Assembly (NCBI GenBank): GCA_964234715.1
Contig: OZ174283.1
Strand: one strand, 5' to 3'
DNA length: 64,000 bases
DNA from: Podarcis melisellensis
Taxonomy: Eukaryota
Both the position numbers and the translations under genes were made by a program. Below the pieces are notes generated by a model. The model had not been told where the DNA came from and did not search any database. It was given only the letters and a program-made list of their open reading frames with translations. Within the stretch, counting starts at the first letter, position 1. Every line of letters begins with the position of its first letter. Shown here in pieces: positions 46,048-59,594 of this stretch.

Positions 46048-49000
46048 GTTTTTAATATTATGCAATATTGTGTTTTCATATTAATCTTGTGTTTTAATTG
46101 CTGTTGGTGTGATGGGTGGGTAACAAATTGTAGCTATCGCAAATAACCAGAACAATCTGCTTACATTTCTAAAGTGGAGCTCATAATAAAGATATTTCCA
46201 GAATTATATGTTTTTTATATTAAAAAAAAAACTTGCTCAAAGAAAGTCAGCCTGTGAACAAATGCAGTTCATGCTGATGTCATTTACCTGAGTGGGCTCA
46301 AGGTTATGCTTTTAGATGAAGAACTATCTTTTGATGAGAAGGCAGTATGAATACATTGAAAAGATAATGCAAAAAGAAAATCTGCTCTCCCAGCTAAGTC
46401 TCTTGAATTAATGGTATACTTTCCCCCGCAACTTGTACTCTCAGTTCTGAAATATCTGTAAGGAGATTATTTATTTTATGAAAAACTAAGAAATAATCTT
46501 TGCTGAGGTTTTGGTGTATGGCATATTCAAAGAGGTTGCAGGTGAATTAGAAATAATGATGAGTGTTTAATCTAATAAAAGTTATTGAGAATAAAATGCA
46601 ATGTGAAAATTCCAGGCACAATCCGTAGGAATGGATATGAACCATCTGGTATCAATGAGAGTTCAGTACTTTACTGTGCGCTATTGCTTTGAATGAGACT
46701 TAGGTATGCACGGATTCTTCTGAATGTTCTCTCTGAATGTCAAGAAAGAGATGATAGTATAGACTACGAATGCATTGCATCCAAGGTTACCCTGAAATCC
46801 TGAAGAACCAGGCTGATAAATCTGGGGCCAGAAAAGCATGGGATGCATCAGGCGGTGGTCATAGCCAATATTACAGAAGTGGCAATCCTGTTTCTATGCA
46901 GTTGATATTCTGAGATGGCCTTGTCCATATGGCAGCTGGTTGCCATAGTTTGCATGCAAAGTCTCGCCAGTTTTCACGATGCTTTACAATCACAATATCT
47001 TTGTATCCTAACCTACAAATGGAAATCCACCATGATTTCATAGGGTAGTAGAGTCAAGGTGATGGAAATGAGTGACAAATTTGATTAATTTATTGGGCCA
47101 CCTCTGGTGGCAACATTCATGGCCTTCCTATAAATAGCTTTGCTCTTGCACACATTGAAAGAATGGGTAGTATCCAATGTTACTTTGACTCAGAGGATGT
47201 CTATGAGTATGAGACAAAGTTTGATGCCAGGATTCAAATTCTGCCCTTAGTAGGCAAAGCTGCAGATACATAAAATATACACGGTGATGAGTATGATTGA
47301 TGGTGAAAGGTAAGAGCAAAAGATCTATTATTAAATCTGTGTGCTTCAGTCTAAGAGCTAAAATATGTGTTGTTAATTTTGATGGATAATGTGGTATTAA
47401 GGTGTCATGTTACATTAATTATAATATGTAGAAGATATATAATGTGGACAATACCCTCTGTGAGCATATATAGCAAAAATATATAGTCCATGGCAAATGT
47501 GATTATTCAATGATATGCAGAACATCATTGATTTGGGGGTGTTCTATTGAATTATAATTTCAGCAGTCCTTGGTTCAAAGACAGGACACAGAGTTCAGTC
47601 GTGCCCATTCCTGAGGCTCTGAAACAGATAGGTATGTGAACAATCTACTGAATCATAATTCTGAAGATGCCAAAATGTATTTTTAAAAATGTCTTGGGGA
47701 GCTCAAGCTACATTCCTAAACATCCTTATCTAGGAGTAAGCCATACTGAATACAATGGCACTTACTTTTGAGTAAATGTGCATGACATTGCTTCACCCCA
47801 AGGTCTCTGGTGTACCTTCCACAGGCATAAATGTCAGCATTTATATGGGTAGACTTGGGTATGAAACTGGATCTTACTGTGGAAACAATATAGCTCAATT
47901 CTATCACTGCTTTCAGGCTGAATTGTTACTTATTGTGGCTGAAGAGATTTTGTTGATCTCCAAGGGTTCCAAACCAAATTTACTTTTGCAGCACTTCCTT
48001 AGTTTCCTTTTTGAAATTCTTAAAACTAATATTAAGTCCATGTCAATCTTGAGCATCACAGGGATCATATTATTGGTAATAAGATACCATGAAGTTTTGA
48101 AGGAAGATGAGGCAAGGGGGTTTAAAAAGTCCCCAGAGCAAACAAGGAGAAAAATTTCACATGATAAGGAAAAGTAGAAAGCGAAGGAACTCAAGTAAAA
48201 AATGTAAGGAAACTTGCCACCTTTTAACATTTTTTGTATGTTTGTGCTACATGGTAGGATTTCTAAAAATGGTTTACTTGCAACTTACTATGTGGATCAT
48301 TGGTGGCAGAAGGAGGGGTGTTCAAATATTTTCCATGTGAGGCATTTCCTAGGGAGGGGGCAGGGAAAGAAAATTATTTTCTGACAAATTCTGTCTCAGT
48401 TAGTACTTAGCTATACTTAGTTTATATTTATGAATGGACAAAGCAATTGGATGAAAGACTAGGGCTGATAATCCTAAACCTGCCAGGAAAGCAGACATGT
48501 TTAATGGAACTGTGGTGTCCCTGCTCCATCCACAGCATGAGCACTTGGACCAGCTGGGGCAGAAGAAGATGGGGGGCAGGAGAACTTTGTATTTTTGCTA
48601 TATCAGCTCCCAGACTAGTGCAGCAAACAGACCCAGATCAGGCCCAGCGCCACAACATGTTGGCCTTAAGACTGGCTTAGGATCTGGGGGATCCTTTGCT
48701 GTGGTTTGTGCTCTCTACCAATTGATGGGGATACTGTTGGCAGTAGTTTCTGCCTGCCTGCAGTTTGGGCAGGAGCTTCAAAGTGGCAGAGCACCCTCAC
48801 TGGAAGAACTGCATGGGTGGACACCTCTACCTTCTCCAGACCTCTCCACCACAGCAGATTGTGGGGTGGGTGAATTGGATTGTTGTGTCCAGCTGCAATC
48901 CCATATCCATATATGTCTGAGCAAGTAGTATTGAATGTAGTGGGATTTACTTCTCAGTAGACCTGTCTAGGATTGTGCTGAAACAGAACAGTAGGCCAAG

Positions 49001-49422
49001 CCCATTGTTTGCTTCAGCTGTCAGATATCAAGTTCTCCTACCTGAATTATAGCCATTCCTTAGAATTAGGAAGGCCTGCAGTATTGCTAGCTGCAAATTT
49101 TCCACAGTCAATGAAGTGACTAATATTAAGAGAGCCTTGCTCTGACCAAAAAACAAAACAAAACAAAAAAACAAGTGTGGCTTTCTTTTTCTTTATCTTT
49201 TTTTCCCCTTCTACTAATTTTTCTTCTTCCATATTAATAATACAAAATGGGTCAGAAAAGTCAAAAATACTAGGTAAGCATCAATTAAAAGGTAATCATC
49301 CATACAAATATAATTTGTTCATTCATTTTCCTTCTTTTACTACCAATCATAATATTAAAGCAGGTAACCAAGAGTAGAGATAGAATGATTATCTCTTTCC
49401 TTTCTCATATCAGTCTCTATAT

Positions 49423-49603
49423 CAGGTATGAAAAACCTTTTGCCTTCAAATCAAATCAAATCAAATTTGATTTGATTTGATTTTGCCTTCAAGATACAGC
49501 TGATCTATAACTCCCCTAAACTCTGGCCATTGGGCCTGCTTGCTGGGATTGATGGGAGTTGTAGGTCAGCAACAGCTGGAGTGCCAAAAGTTTCCCACAA
49601 CTG
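49423..49603. mobile_element. Palindromic hAT MITE carrying a nested micro-insertion
   Basis: Perfect 8-bp TSD CTCTATAT (49415-49422, 49604-49611); internal AACTCCC...GGGAGTT inverted arms. Confidence 0.85.
49450..49480. repeat. Perfect palindrome (TCAAA)3(TTTGA)3 flanked by a 12-bp direct repeat
   Basis: TTTTGCCTTCAA at 49438-49449 and 49481-49492. Confidence 0.92.
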
Positions 49604-50609
49604 CTCTATATAGAACATTCTTCCCCACCTTGGGCTTGTAATCCTGGTTGCTAGCTGAGTTCAAGAATTCAAGCTTGCTTAACAAGGTCGGGTTTGAGTT
49701 GGTAGTTCCCCCAACATAGACTCCAGGATAATACTGACTCTCCAAACTTATCCTTGAAAATTGAACTTGATCCACACTGCTTACAAAACTTGCTTCACCA
49801 ATTACAAAATGGTTTCCCTCTGATGCTCTTTGAAGATTATGGATCTGTGTTCAATGACTAAATATAAGGTGGTCTAACATCTGGGTCATTCATTGCATCT
49901 GGGCTCAGTCACACAACACAATTAAAACATATTAAATAATGATTAAAACTGGCTCCATAACTGTGTCCATAACTACTTACCTTATTCATAGGTAGAGAGG
50001 TGGTGGTGAGGTTTTCAATTTTCTCCAGGAAGAACCAAAAAAAGCAAATTGGAAAATTGTTTTCTGATAAAATTCAATGTGGATGTACTTACGAAAAGGT
50101 GATTTCCTTCTCCCACTCTGGCTTAAGATACAGAGAGCTTTGTAATACTAGCTTTTAGATAGTGGGTTGAGACTGCACATCCATATTCAAGCAATATTGT
50201 GGCTAGGTATGTTTTCAAATCAATGTGGAAGGAATTCATTAGTTGTAAAACTGATTAGTCTTAAGTGGAAGTTGCCATGCAAAATCACATCAAGCCAAGA
50301 GCCTTAGGGGCAGAGCTTTAAAACAGGAAAGGAAGTATTACTCAGTGAAAGATTTGTATTTTCCCCCAGCCCAATTTCTATTCCTTTCTGAATACATTCA
50401 TCATAATTAAGTCAACATTTGTAAACAGCTACCATGTCTAATTAAAACTTGCATCTTTTACCTGTACATCTTCTTGGAAAACATTATAGTGAAAAATATG
50501 CACCAGGGTCCTTATAACTGCATGCAATATACTGAACCCTAGTAGGAGCAAAGCTCTGAAGGGCCCACAGAAATCACCCACTGCAAATCGCTCATTTAAT
50601 TCAATTGAA

Positions 50610-50802
50610 GGACTGTGATTGAGCAGTAGTGCACCTACTTTGCACACAGAAGGTCCCAGGTCCAATCCCCAGCATTTCCATATAGGGTTGGGAGAGAACC
50701 CCATTTGAATTCCTAGATAGCAAATCAGTGTAGACAATTCCTAGATCACCAATCAGTGTAGACAATACTGCATTGCGTGGACTCGGTATATGATGGCTTC
50801 AT
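50610..50802 (+). mobile_element. tRNA-derived SINE (CR1-like tail family)
   Basis: TTTGCACACAGAAGGTCCCAGGTCCAATCCC head; CAGTGTAGACAAT body (locally duplicated). Confidence 0.65.
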
Positions 50803-51103
50803 AAAAGACAGTTCTGTGCCTGCAAAATGATGTGCCGATGAAGCTGTCCTGTCCATCAAAGTGAATGGGGACTCTCTTCCCCTGCATCCCACAAAAAGGG
50901 AGGTTGCTGCGGACACTACAGTATTAAATAGGTCTTTGGAGTAGAGTTCTGGGTTTTTTGAAGTAATGATACCCAACAAACCATCTCAGATAAAGATGTG
51001 GCTGTAAAGCATGTCCAGTCCCTGGCATCTCCATATCACACATGGGAAGACCCCTGCCTGGGATCCTGCAGAGCAATTGCTTGTCAGCATAGATGGACAA
51101 TAC

Positions 51104-51457
51104 TAAACCACTGAGCCTTTTGGGCTTGCCGATCAGAAGGTCGATGGTTTGAATCCCCATGACAGGATGAGTTACCATTGCTCTGTCTCAGCTCCTGCCA
51201 ACCTAGCAGTTTGTAAGCCCACCAGTGCAAGTAGATAAATAGGTACCACTGCGGTGGGAAAGTAAATGGCGTTTCTGTGTGCTCTGGTTTCTGTCACGGT
51301 GCTCTGTTGCGCCAGAAGTGGTTTAGTCATGCTGGCTACAAGACCCAGAAAGCTGCCAGTGGACAAACGCCGGCTTCCTCGGCCTGAAAGAGAGATGAGC
51401 GCCACATCCCATAGTCGCCTTTGTCTGGACTTAACTGTCCAGGGGTCTTTTACCTTT
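51104..51457 (+). mobile_element. Sauria SINE (5' clipped), adjoining an older SINE fragment (~50995-51103)
   Basis: GGCTTGCCGATCAGAAGGTCG, GTGCAAGTAGATAAATAGGTACC, TTTACCTTT tail. Confidence 0.88.
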
Positions 51458-52430
51458 CCCCCCTTTTTTTTACATAGATGGGTCCATTGTCTAACAAGTG
51501 AGAATGTATATTTCCAACCATCTTTATATATGTGACTGCATGTGTGGAACCAGGTATTCCACTCTGTACCTGAACATATACCAGTTTGGGCATGTCTCTT
51601 TCCGGGGAGAGGCAAATGCTTAATATACTTTACATTAGGAGATGCTGTGTATTAATAGATTTGCTACCGATAACAAAAGTGCAAGATGGGCTTGTTAATA
51701 TAAACACTGTCACCAGTAATGGTACATGAAATCAAGTTTTCCTGTACTAAACGGTCACTCTACCTTGGTACTTAACGGAGAAATTGTACTGAATTACTGT
51801 CACATTTTTATGCAATTTACCAGAGGAATAAATTACTTACCTGTCACCTGTAATGCAGTTATTCAGAAATACCCCCTTAATGTAGCTGTATATATCTGCA
51901 TTTGAAGTGCAATGATGCTATTTGACCAAGTACCTTCTCTGGGAATATTTTATTCATATCTGGAAGACTACTTCTCCCACCAGTAAATCATCTAAGATAC
52001 AATTCTACTGCCAAGTCAGCCTTAAATTCAGTCTTCTGTCCTCCTGTGGTATTAAACATGCAAACTTACTTACAGCCCCAGGAGTCCATAAGGAAGTCAA
52101 ATGTATGGAGAAAAGACAGCGTTCTCTAAAGCTGCTGCGGTAATTCACTTTAAGATTGAAAGCTATTAAATTTGGGGGCCGGTTCTTTACCATTCAAAAC
52201 ACACCCACACAAATCTTAAATAACATAAAACCATAGGTAGGCCTCTATTGTCATTTCAAACAGACCTGAATTATCCTTTCTCCTCTGTAGGTTTTATCAT
52301 AGACTAACCCATTCTGCAACTTTGATCAAATTGGAGGAATTTATATCTAACTTTGTATGCATTCCATAAACAACTTAAGGTATGAAGGGTAACAGATCCT
52401 TAACAAAATCTACTGAGGCCGACTTATATA

Positions 52431-52924
52431 CTGTATTTTTCCGTGTATAAGACAATGCTTTTTGCTAAAAAAGATTTGGCAAAAATTGGGTGTCATCTTA
52501 TACACGGACAGTGAATACAGAGGTGGGACATGCAATGAATGGCAGAAGCAAGTAGGAGATTGGCAGCAGCGATTGGGCGGGTGATTGCTGTCTGTGGCAG
52601 GCCTGCTGGCAATTGGCTGTGGATGTGGCAATTGGGCAGGTGACTGGCGGCTGTGACAAGGTGGGCAGGCGATTGGCAGCTGCGGCAAGTGGGCGGGTGG
52701 GCTGTTGGTGGTGGGAGCAGGCAGACAATTGGCGGCTGTGGTGAGGTGTGCAATCGGCAGTGGCTGTGGCAAGCGATTGGCAGTGGCAGGCAGGTGGGTG
52801 AGCGATTGGCGGAAGTGACCTCCCTCCCCCCCCCAAAAGCTAAACAAATTAATTTCTTAATTTTGGGTTAAAAAAAATAGGGGTCGTCTTATACGTGACG
52901 ACATCTTATACACGAAAAATACGG
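52431..52924. mobile_element. Tc1/mariner-pogo MITE with internal GC-rich minisatellite
   Basis: TA-flanked TIR C(T/C)GTATTTTTC(C)GTGTATAAGA; subterminal TCTTATAC repeats; internal GGCAATTGGCGGCTGTGG-like tandem units. Confidence 0.85.
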
Positions 52925-54340
52925 TAGGTCTGGTGTGTATGTATGCATGTGTATGTATCAGTAGTTTTTAAAGATTTTACATGTATAAAAAAAATATATT
53001 AATAGGAGTAAAGGTAAGACATTTAGAGCACAATCAAGGCCCGCCAGTGGCACTTTATGGAGTGGTAGAGTTGCTACCACATCCACAGCCCGACCACTCA
53101 TGGTGGCTGCAGCAGAAAGTGGGGCAGGGGCAAGAGGTTCAGGCTAATCCCTGAAGCAGCTTCAGGTTAGTGTAGTGATCAGGTCCAGACTGGGCCTAGA
53201 GTCAACTTATGATGACACTGAGGTTGGCTTGGCATCTGGCAGAGCCTGACCCAGTTTAGCCCTGCCAGACCCTTTGAACAGCACACCTCCTACCCAGATG
53301 CATGTTCAGCAAGTGGAAGGGGGAGAGTGACTAAGCTGGTAGAACTAAAAATTTGTTGTGGGTGCCCAGCACTCACACCTCAGGGCCCGTGATGCAAATT
53401 CCAAAGTCTTGCAAGGCCTCAGACAGCATCTCCAAGGCCTTGCAAGACCTCGGAACCTGACCTTCGGGTTCTGAGGTCGGGGGAAAGCTTGTACTTCCAG
53501 CTAACACCCTAGAGAGTTGATGTCAGTGAGAATAGACAATACTGGAGTAAGTTGGCACATAGTCTGATCTGGTTTATTATAATTATTAGGGATTCATAGG
53601 TTTGGGTGGACATTTGTTTTATGGTCTTCACCAGTGCCATAGAAAAAACTCTTATCGATGAACATCTGTTATGCAAGACAAGAAAATGCTAGTAATTTGG
53701 GCCATATGCATTTTCAGCATGGAGCATTTTGCAGTGCATTAAAAAAATCCTCTGAAGGCATTACCACTTGCTGGAGTCAGTTTAACTGTAAGCATTTCCT
53801 CATTATAATGCCATTAAGGCTTGAACCAACCGCTCGTTCTGATTGATGAAGTAAATTCATGTAACTGAGCAATCTGCATTTAGCACTAATGCCTGTGAGT
53901 CTGGCATTTGACTAATTTTCCTCCCTTTTTTTTTTACCTCTTATGATACTTTTGGACTCAGCATAGAAAAGTTGTAACATAAGATACATACAGAATTAGA
54001 CATCCAGTAGAACCTTCTTTTACTTGTTGGTTTTTGATAAGATTGGTTAACTCTGAGACAACCTTGTCCAGAAAATTCAATTGATGAATACTAACCCCAC
54101 AGAAGGAAATGACACAATTACCAGAAAGAAAAGAGCTTCTCTGCCTTAATTAACCCGCAAAGTTATCTTGCAGTTCACCACACCACCCACCCCTCATGTA
54201 ACAGATGGCTATCATGCCTAGTATCAAAGTGCTATGTTTCTAAAACTGATGTATTATTATCATGTTTTCACTTTCGCTTTCTTTTTCTTACCTTCTGAAG
54301 CAATCCATTATATTTTCAAAATATCTTAGAGGGTTCAGAA

Positions 54341-54475
54341 TGGTTGGTAACCTGTGGCCCTTCAGATGCTGTTGGACTCTAAGTCCTATCATCCTGAACT
54401 ATTGACTATGTTGGCTGGGGCTAATGGGAGTTGGAGTCCAATAACATCTGGAGGGTCATGGGTTCCCCATCCCTG
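54341..54475. mobile_element. Palindromic hAT MITE (same broad family as 49423-49603)
   Basis: AACCTGTGGCCCTTCAGATG...CATCTGGAGGGTCATGGGTTCCCCATCCCTG inverted arms. Confidence 0.7.
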
Positions 54476-54489
54476 GTTTAAAACATTTA

Positions 54490-54668
54490 AATTATTTATC
54501 TATTTATTCATTTAATTTCATATTTCATTTCTATACTGCCCTATACCCGAAGGTCTCAGGGCAGTTCACATAAAATATAAAATACATACAAAATACATCA
54601 AAACAAAACCAGCGACCCAATAACCCCCCCCAAAAAAGAGCCAGCATTTTAAAACAGGGTATAGGACC
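54490..54668 (-). mobile_element. L2-type 3' tail fragment
   Basis: Minus strand TGTGAACTGCCCTGAGACCTTCGGGTATAGGGCAGTATAGAAATG plus an A/T-rich tail. Confidence 0.6.
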
Positions 54669-57600
54669 CTGTTTATGCTCCCATCATTTCCACAGTCCAT
54701 CTTAACTAGTTCTGTGGTTCTTTTAGCTCCTAATTTATAGTGATTTCTAAAATGGTAGGGTGCTTCAAGGATGGTAGGGTGCTTCAATTTAAACAAAATC
54801 TTTCATTTGATTCAGCCAGTTGGAATTTTGTATAGATTCCCACCTCTCTGCTTGAATATATTTTAAGTACATCTGCTTTGTTTGAAACAGGGCAGGTAGA
54901 GCTGGGCTACCATTCAACAGCTCCATTTTTGTGAGACCGGCAGGCTTCTTTCACGCTCAAGCAGTCACAATTGCGTAGTCCATAATGACTGTCAATGTCC
55001 ATGCAACTACAGACCTGATTCAAAAATTGGAACTAAATGTGCATGTGCTTCATGGGTGGGATGAAGAAAATTAAGGGCACCCACATATTTGCACATGGAG
55101 ACATCGCCATGGCCTACACGGGTGTTGCTTCAAGTACATCTTTCTTTTCAGCTACGTCATAGTTGCCTTTCTGATGTTTGCTTTTCATTTGCATGGCCAT
55201 CCGTTAAAGCAAAGGTATCCTATGGTGACTAAATCTCACAAACTGAAGTATCATGTTACCCCAGACACAGTGCTTCGCGAACAAGCCAATGCATGCAGTT
55301 AGCTATAAGCAGAGTGATCAAATAATGACCAATTAAGTGACACACGCACTGGTCCTGCACTTCATTTCTGCCATAGCCAGATTTGCACAGGATATTCTCA
55401 AGCAGCCTCAAACCTGTACCTCAAAGGGCCTCGTGCCAAAGGAACCCTCTGGAGATCTGAAGCTGCCATCAAGAGCCATTTTCAAGTGATCACATCCTGG
55501 GGGCACAAGATCTTTCCACTGCTCCTGTCACAGGTGAAACGGAGTTCAAGATTTATTCGCTTGATACTTGATTCACCCTGTATTCATTTGGTACATTACA
55601 CTGTTTCAACATTTCTTTCTTTTTTTGTATCAGGACTGCAAAGCTGGGTGAGTGAAGGAAGTTGAAAGGAATGCGTTCTGACAGTGCCTTTTCAGAGAAA
55701 CACTCAAGTTGAAGTTCTAAGCTTTATCGTTCGCCACAGCATTCAAGGCTCAATCTTGCTAATGCTGAGATCGCTCTTTAAAAGAGTTCCTAATGTTTAG
55801 TAATGAGAAATTATCTGCCCACACAATTAAATGAACTTGAGAAGTGTGATTAAAAAAAAACAACCACCGTAAAAATTCAATTAGATCTGTGTATATTAAT
55901 AGTTCAGTGAGCTCTCATACTCACAGTGTAATGTGCAACATGGAAGACCACAGAACTGAATCGCTGTTGTTCCCCAGCCCACACACTCTGTATGGAAATA
56001 AGGTTAACCTAGGAATAACCAATTTTCAGGAGTCAGATTTAGCCCTCTTCAGATATTCAGAATTTGTACAGACTCACCATAGAGAATGAGGAACAAAATC
56101 ATGACTCCTATCCCCATACTGCTCACACATATGTAGATCCAGTACAGGTGACTGGGGACCCTGGAAAATGCTGAATCCTTGGATATGCAAAGAGATCATT
56201 CATCTATAACTGAGAAGTAGGTTGGTTCTGGGCACACAGAAAATGGATAACAAAACTGAAAAGGCACTGCTGGTAGGAAAAAAGAGGAAGAAACTCCAAT
56301 TGCATTTCTTTTCTTTGTACATGGAACAAATCAATAGGGACAGCAGGTATGATCCTCTCCACATGCTAACAAGGTTTCCAAACTGCTGAAAGGGGCTTCT
56401 GATATTTACAAAAGACTAAATTACAAAATTCATTTTCAGAATTGGAAAGTGAGAGTTGAAAACCTCCACTCTCTCCTGAGCCAAATCAAAATCCAAGCAA
56501 GAGAAGAATTTTCCCCTGCCCATCCCTGCTGCCTTCCCCTTTCCATCCCAAATGTACTCCCCTTTCCTTAACAGATGTAGCAGAACAAGCAGTAGCACAC
56601 CTGTATTTTAAGAAAGGACAAATCTGCCTCCTCTTCCACCTATGCTCTGACACATTGATCTGCAATTATGTGCTGTGGTTTGGATTGCATAGGTCCATAT
56701 GCTCAGGGCTATTGTCTGGGTAGTCTTCTACTGGATGAATCAGTACTAGTCAAAGTACAGGACCAGGAACAACAAATCTGTATAGCTTGTACATATAGTG
56801 CTGTTCTATTGCCATCAGTAGAATGTGAGCAACTCAAGTACCTTCTTAACTGTGGTACTTAGACTAACATTTCCATATGCCTTAACTGCAAAAGGAGTTA
56901 ATACCCTTGTTGGATGGCAGGGTGCTTCAATTTAAATGAAATCTTTCATTTGATTCAGCCGGTTCTACTTATTCAGTAAAATAAGCACTAAGGAGAAACG
57001 GTCACAAGACTTTAATGATTATGCATAGCACCCATAGATCATCCTGAGAGTGAAATTTTCAAGGCTTCTCTCTCTGCTTATTTCCACATTTCAGAAAAGT
57101 TGGTGACCCTGTTGTCTTAACTGCTCTGGTGATGGGTGCTATAGAAAATCTGAAAATAGACAGATAAAATTACATTCCCTGCATGCCAATTCCCATAGTG
57201 AATGCTGCAGTCTGCATCTTTATTGGTCTTCTATACTACAGCTACCCCAAAGTCAGCAGGACATGATATAACACTATCAAGCAGGGCACAATCACTGCAA
57301 ATCCCACAGAGTATTCAAGACAAGAAGGAAGAAAAGCATTTGTAGCCACAGTTGGGAAAGTTTGATTTGCAGAAATTAATGATGTTCATACTGAGCTACG
57401 TACAGAGACAGCCTCCGGAACTTGATGCCCCCATCCCCCCCCCAAAGACATTTACAAGGTCAGCTTGTAGTTCTGAATGCAAAGGGGAGATAAATATACA
57501 GAAACGGGGAAAGAGGTTACACAATACATATGTTTTTGTTTTCATTACAAAGTTGTAAAAGTCAAAATCAGCTCCTGATTCCATACCAGAGGAGAGAGGG

Positions 57601-58834
57601 GAAGTTCAGTGCTTATCTAAACTCAGAGGAGATATGATTATTAACAATAGGTGAAGGCTTTATGTAATGACCTGTAGTTTTAGGCATTGCCTATATGAAA
57701 ACAATTTCTAAAAGAAGCTGCTTCATACAGTCCAGCTTCTCAGGTTACTTAATGCACTGATGGGATGCTGCAGATTGACAGATATAAATGTTTTTAAGAT
57801 TGGATCCAATGTAATTCTAATTAAACCTATTTGCATCTTGCGCTGGAGATGAATACAAAGTAAAATGCCATGGTATTTAAAAATGTATTTTGTATGTTGA
57901 CATTTTACAGCTAGCTTTAATAATCACTGTTTTAGTGGTGATGCTTTGCTTTGTTCAGTAGTTGCGAAACCCCGAGTTAACGATGTGAAATGTAGCTTGA
58001 ACTTAGATATACATTACAAAATGAGCCCAGCAATCTTCTTATGAATGAATTGGTTTATTCCGATGAATAACAATGGAAACAAATAAGCAGCCCCAAAAGT
58101 TATCCTTACCATTATGGCACAATAGCTGACGCTAATAACATTTGTTATTAGCACTGAATAGCAAGCTCTTATTTCTAGCAACAATTAACCTCACTGGGGA
58201 GCAATTTCATCTACACATAGCAAAGGCAATAAAGTGAAGTAAAGTGACAAATTTAATAACAAGAGCCAAATACTATATTAATAAAATTCTTCATACTTGT
58301 TGTGGCATCGTCAGTGGAACTTTGGTATAAAAGCCTTTAACATTTTAGCTTTTCATTGTGCACACAAATTATAATTAAGAGAGGAGGGCTGAGTAAATAT
58401 CTCCAGTGAAACAGATCTGACATTCATTATTTTAAAGTTCTCCAAATCTTTTCAAAAAAAGCAGTCTTTTTTGCCCCATTATATTGTTCCTATTGAACAG
58501 ACATACTGCATCTCTTTTTTTCATTATTTTTAAAAAGGTTATAAACTTTTTCTCTCAGAATGATTTACAAAAGTTGGCTTGGTCTGAACACTGAGGGAAT
58601 AATCCTGGATTCTAGAACCTGGTGCTGGAACAGCAAGATCTCAAGGTTCACCTGGACTTCGTTGTATTGGATGAGTTCTGCAGGTTATGTTAAACCATAG
58701 TTTAGCAAGACCTGCAGAATGCAGTCAATACAAATCGACTTAGGTTAATCACTGAAGAATTAGTAATCCATCCCTTTCCATCACTGTACTGCAAAAACCG
58801 ATGTTTGCTAAGAAGCTGGCTGATGGTTTTCTAA

Positions 58835-59020
58835 GGGAAGCACAACAGCTCAATACCAGAGCACAAGCACTGCATGTGCAAGGTCTCAGGAATTGACAGT
58901 CAAAATGATCTGGGAGCAAATATGGGAAAAGACTTGTGCCTGTGCCTCTGGAGAACCCCTACCAGAGAGAGGAATCAAAACGAGACTAGAAAGACCCAAG
59001 TATAAAACAACTTCCTATGG
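58835..59020 (+). mobile_element. Degenerate tRNA-derived SINE (CR1-like tail family)
   Basis: AGCTCAATACCAGAGCAC head; GTATAAAACAACTTCCTATG end. Confidence 0.55.
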
Positions 59021-59594
59021 TGCTAACCATATTTGTCTTAATTCAGTGATCTGGACAACTCATCTCTTTCTTAAAAGAAGCCTAAAAGAAGTCAAAATTA
59101 CATTGATTTCCCCATGTGATCCCAGAGAGCCTTGTTTTAGACTGATCAAAATGTACAGCAGCTTACAATTTGCTGTATTTTCTCCCCTCCTCATGTGATG
59201 CACTGAGATGCCAGATAATTTGTTTGATAGGTGTTTGTGTTGACAATGTCAGTTTGAGTAATCAAGCTATGTTGTTGATTAAGAAGCCTTCGTGTTTGCC
59301 CTGAAAATAAATCCTCAGGTTTATCTTTCAGTGACAGATGTTTGGTTGCTGTATCACACAGCGATGGGCGAGACCTCCCTTTCTTGGCAGCCACACACGC
59401 TGCCGTGTTATCTGAAGTCACCCTGTGTAAAAAGGCATGTCAATATTTTGCCATGAAATTCCTCTGTGGCAGTTTGATTAGGTGCCCTTCTCACACAAGT
59501 CACACAGATGACACTTTTCTGTGATGTGACACCAGGAAACTGAAGGTCATGTGAGTAACACCACATCCATCTGAAATTTGGAATAAGTCCTGTC

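Noticed and set aside
51835-51860. Perfect minus-strand donor CAG|GTAAGT
   Set aside because: Upstream acceptors are weak and give a 7-nt or stop-containing exon; no other support.
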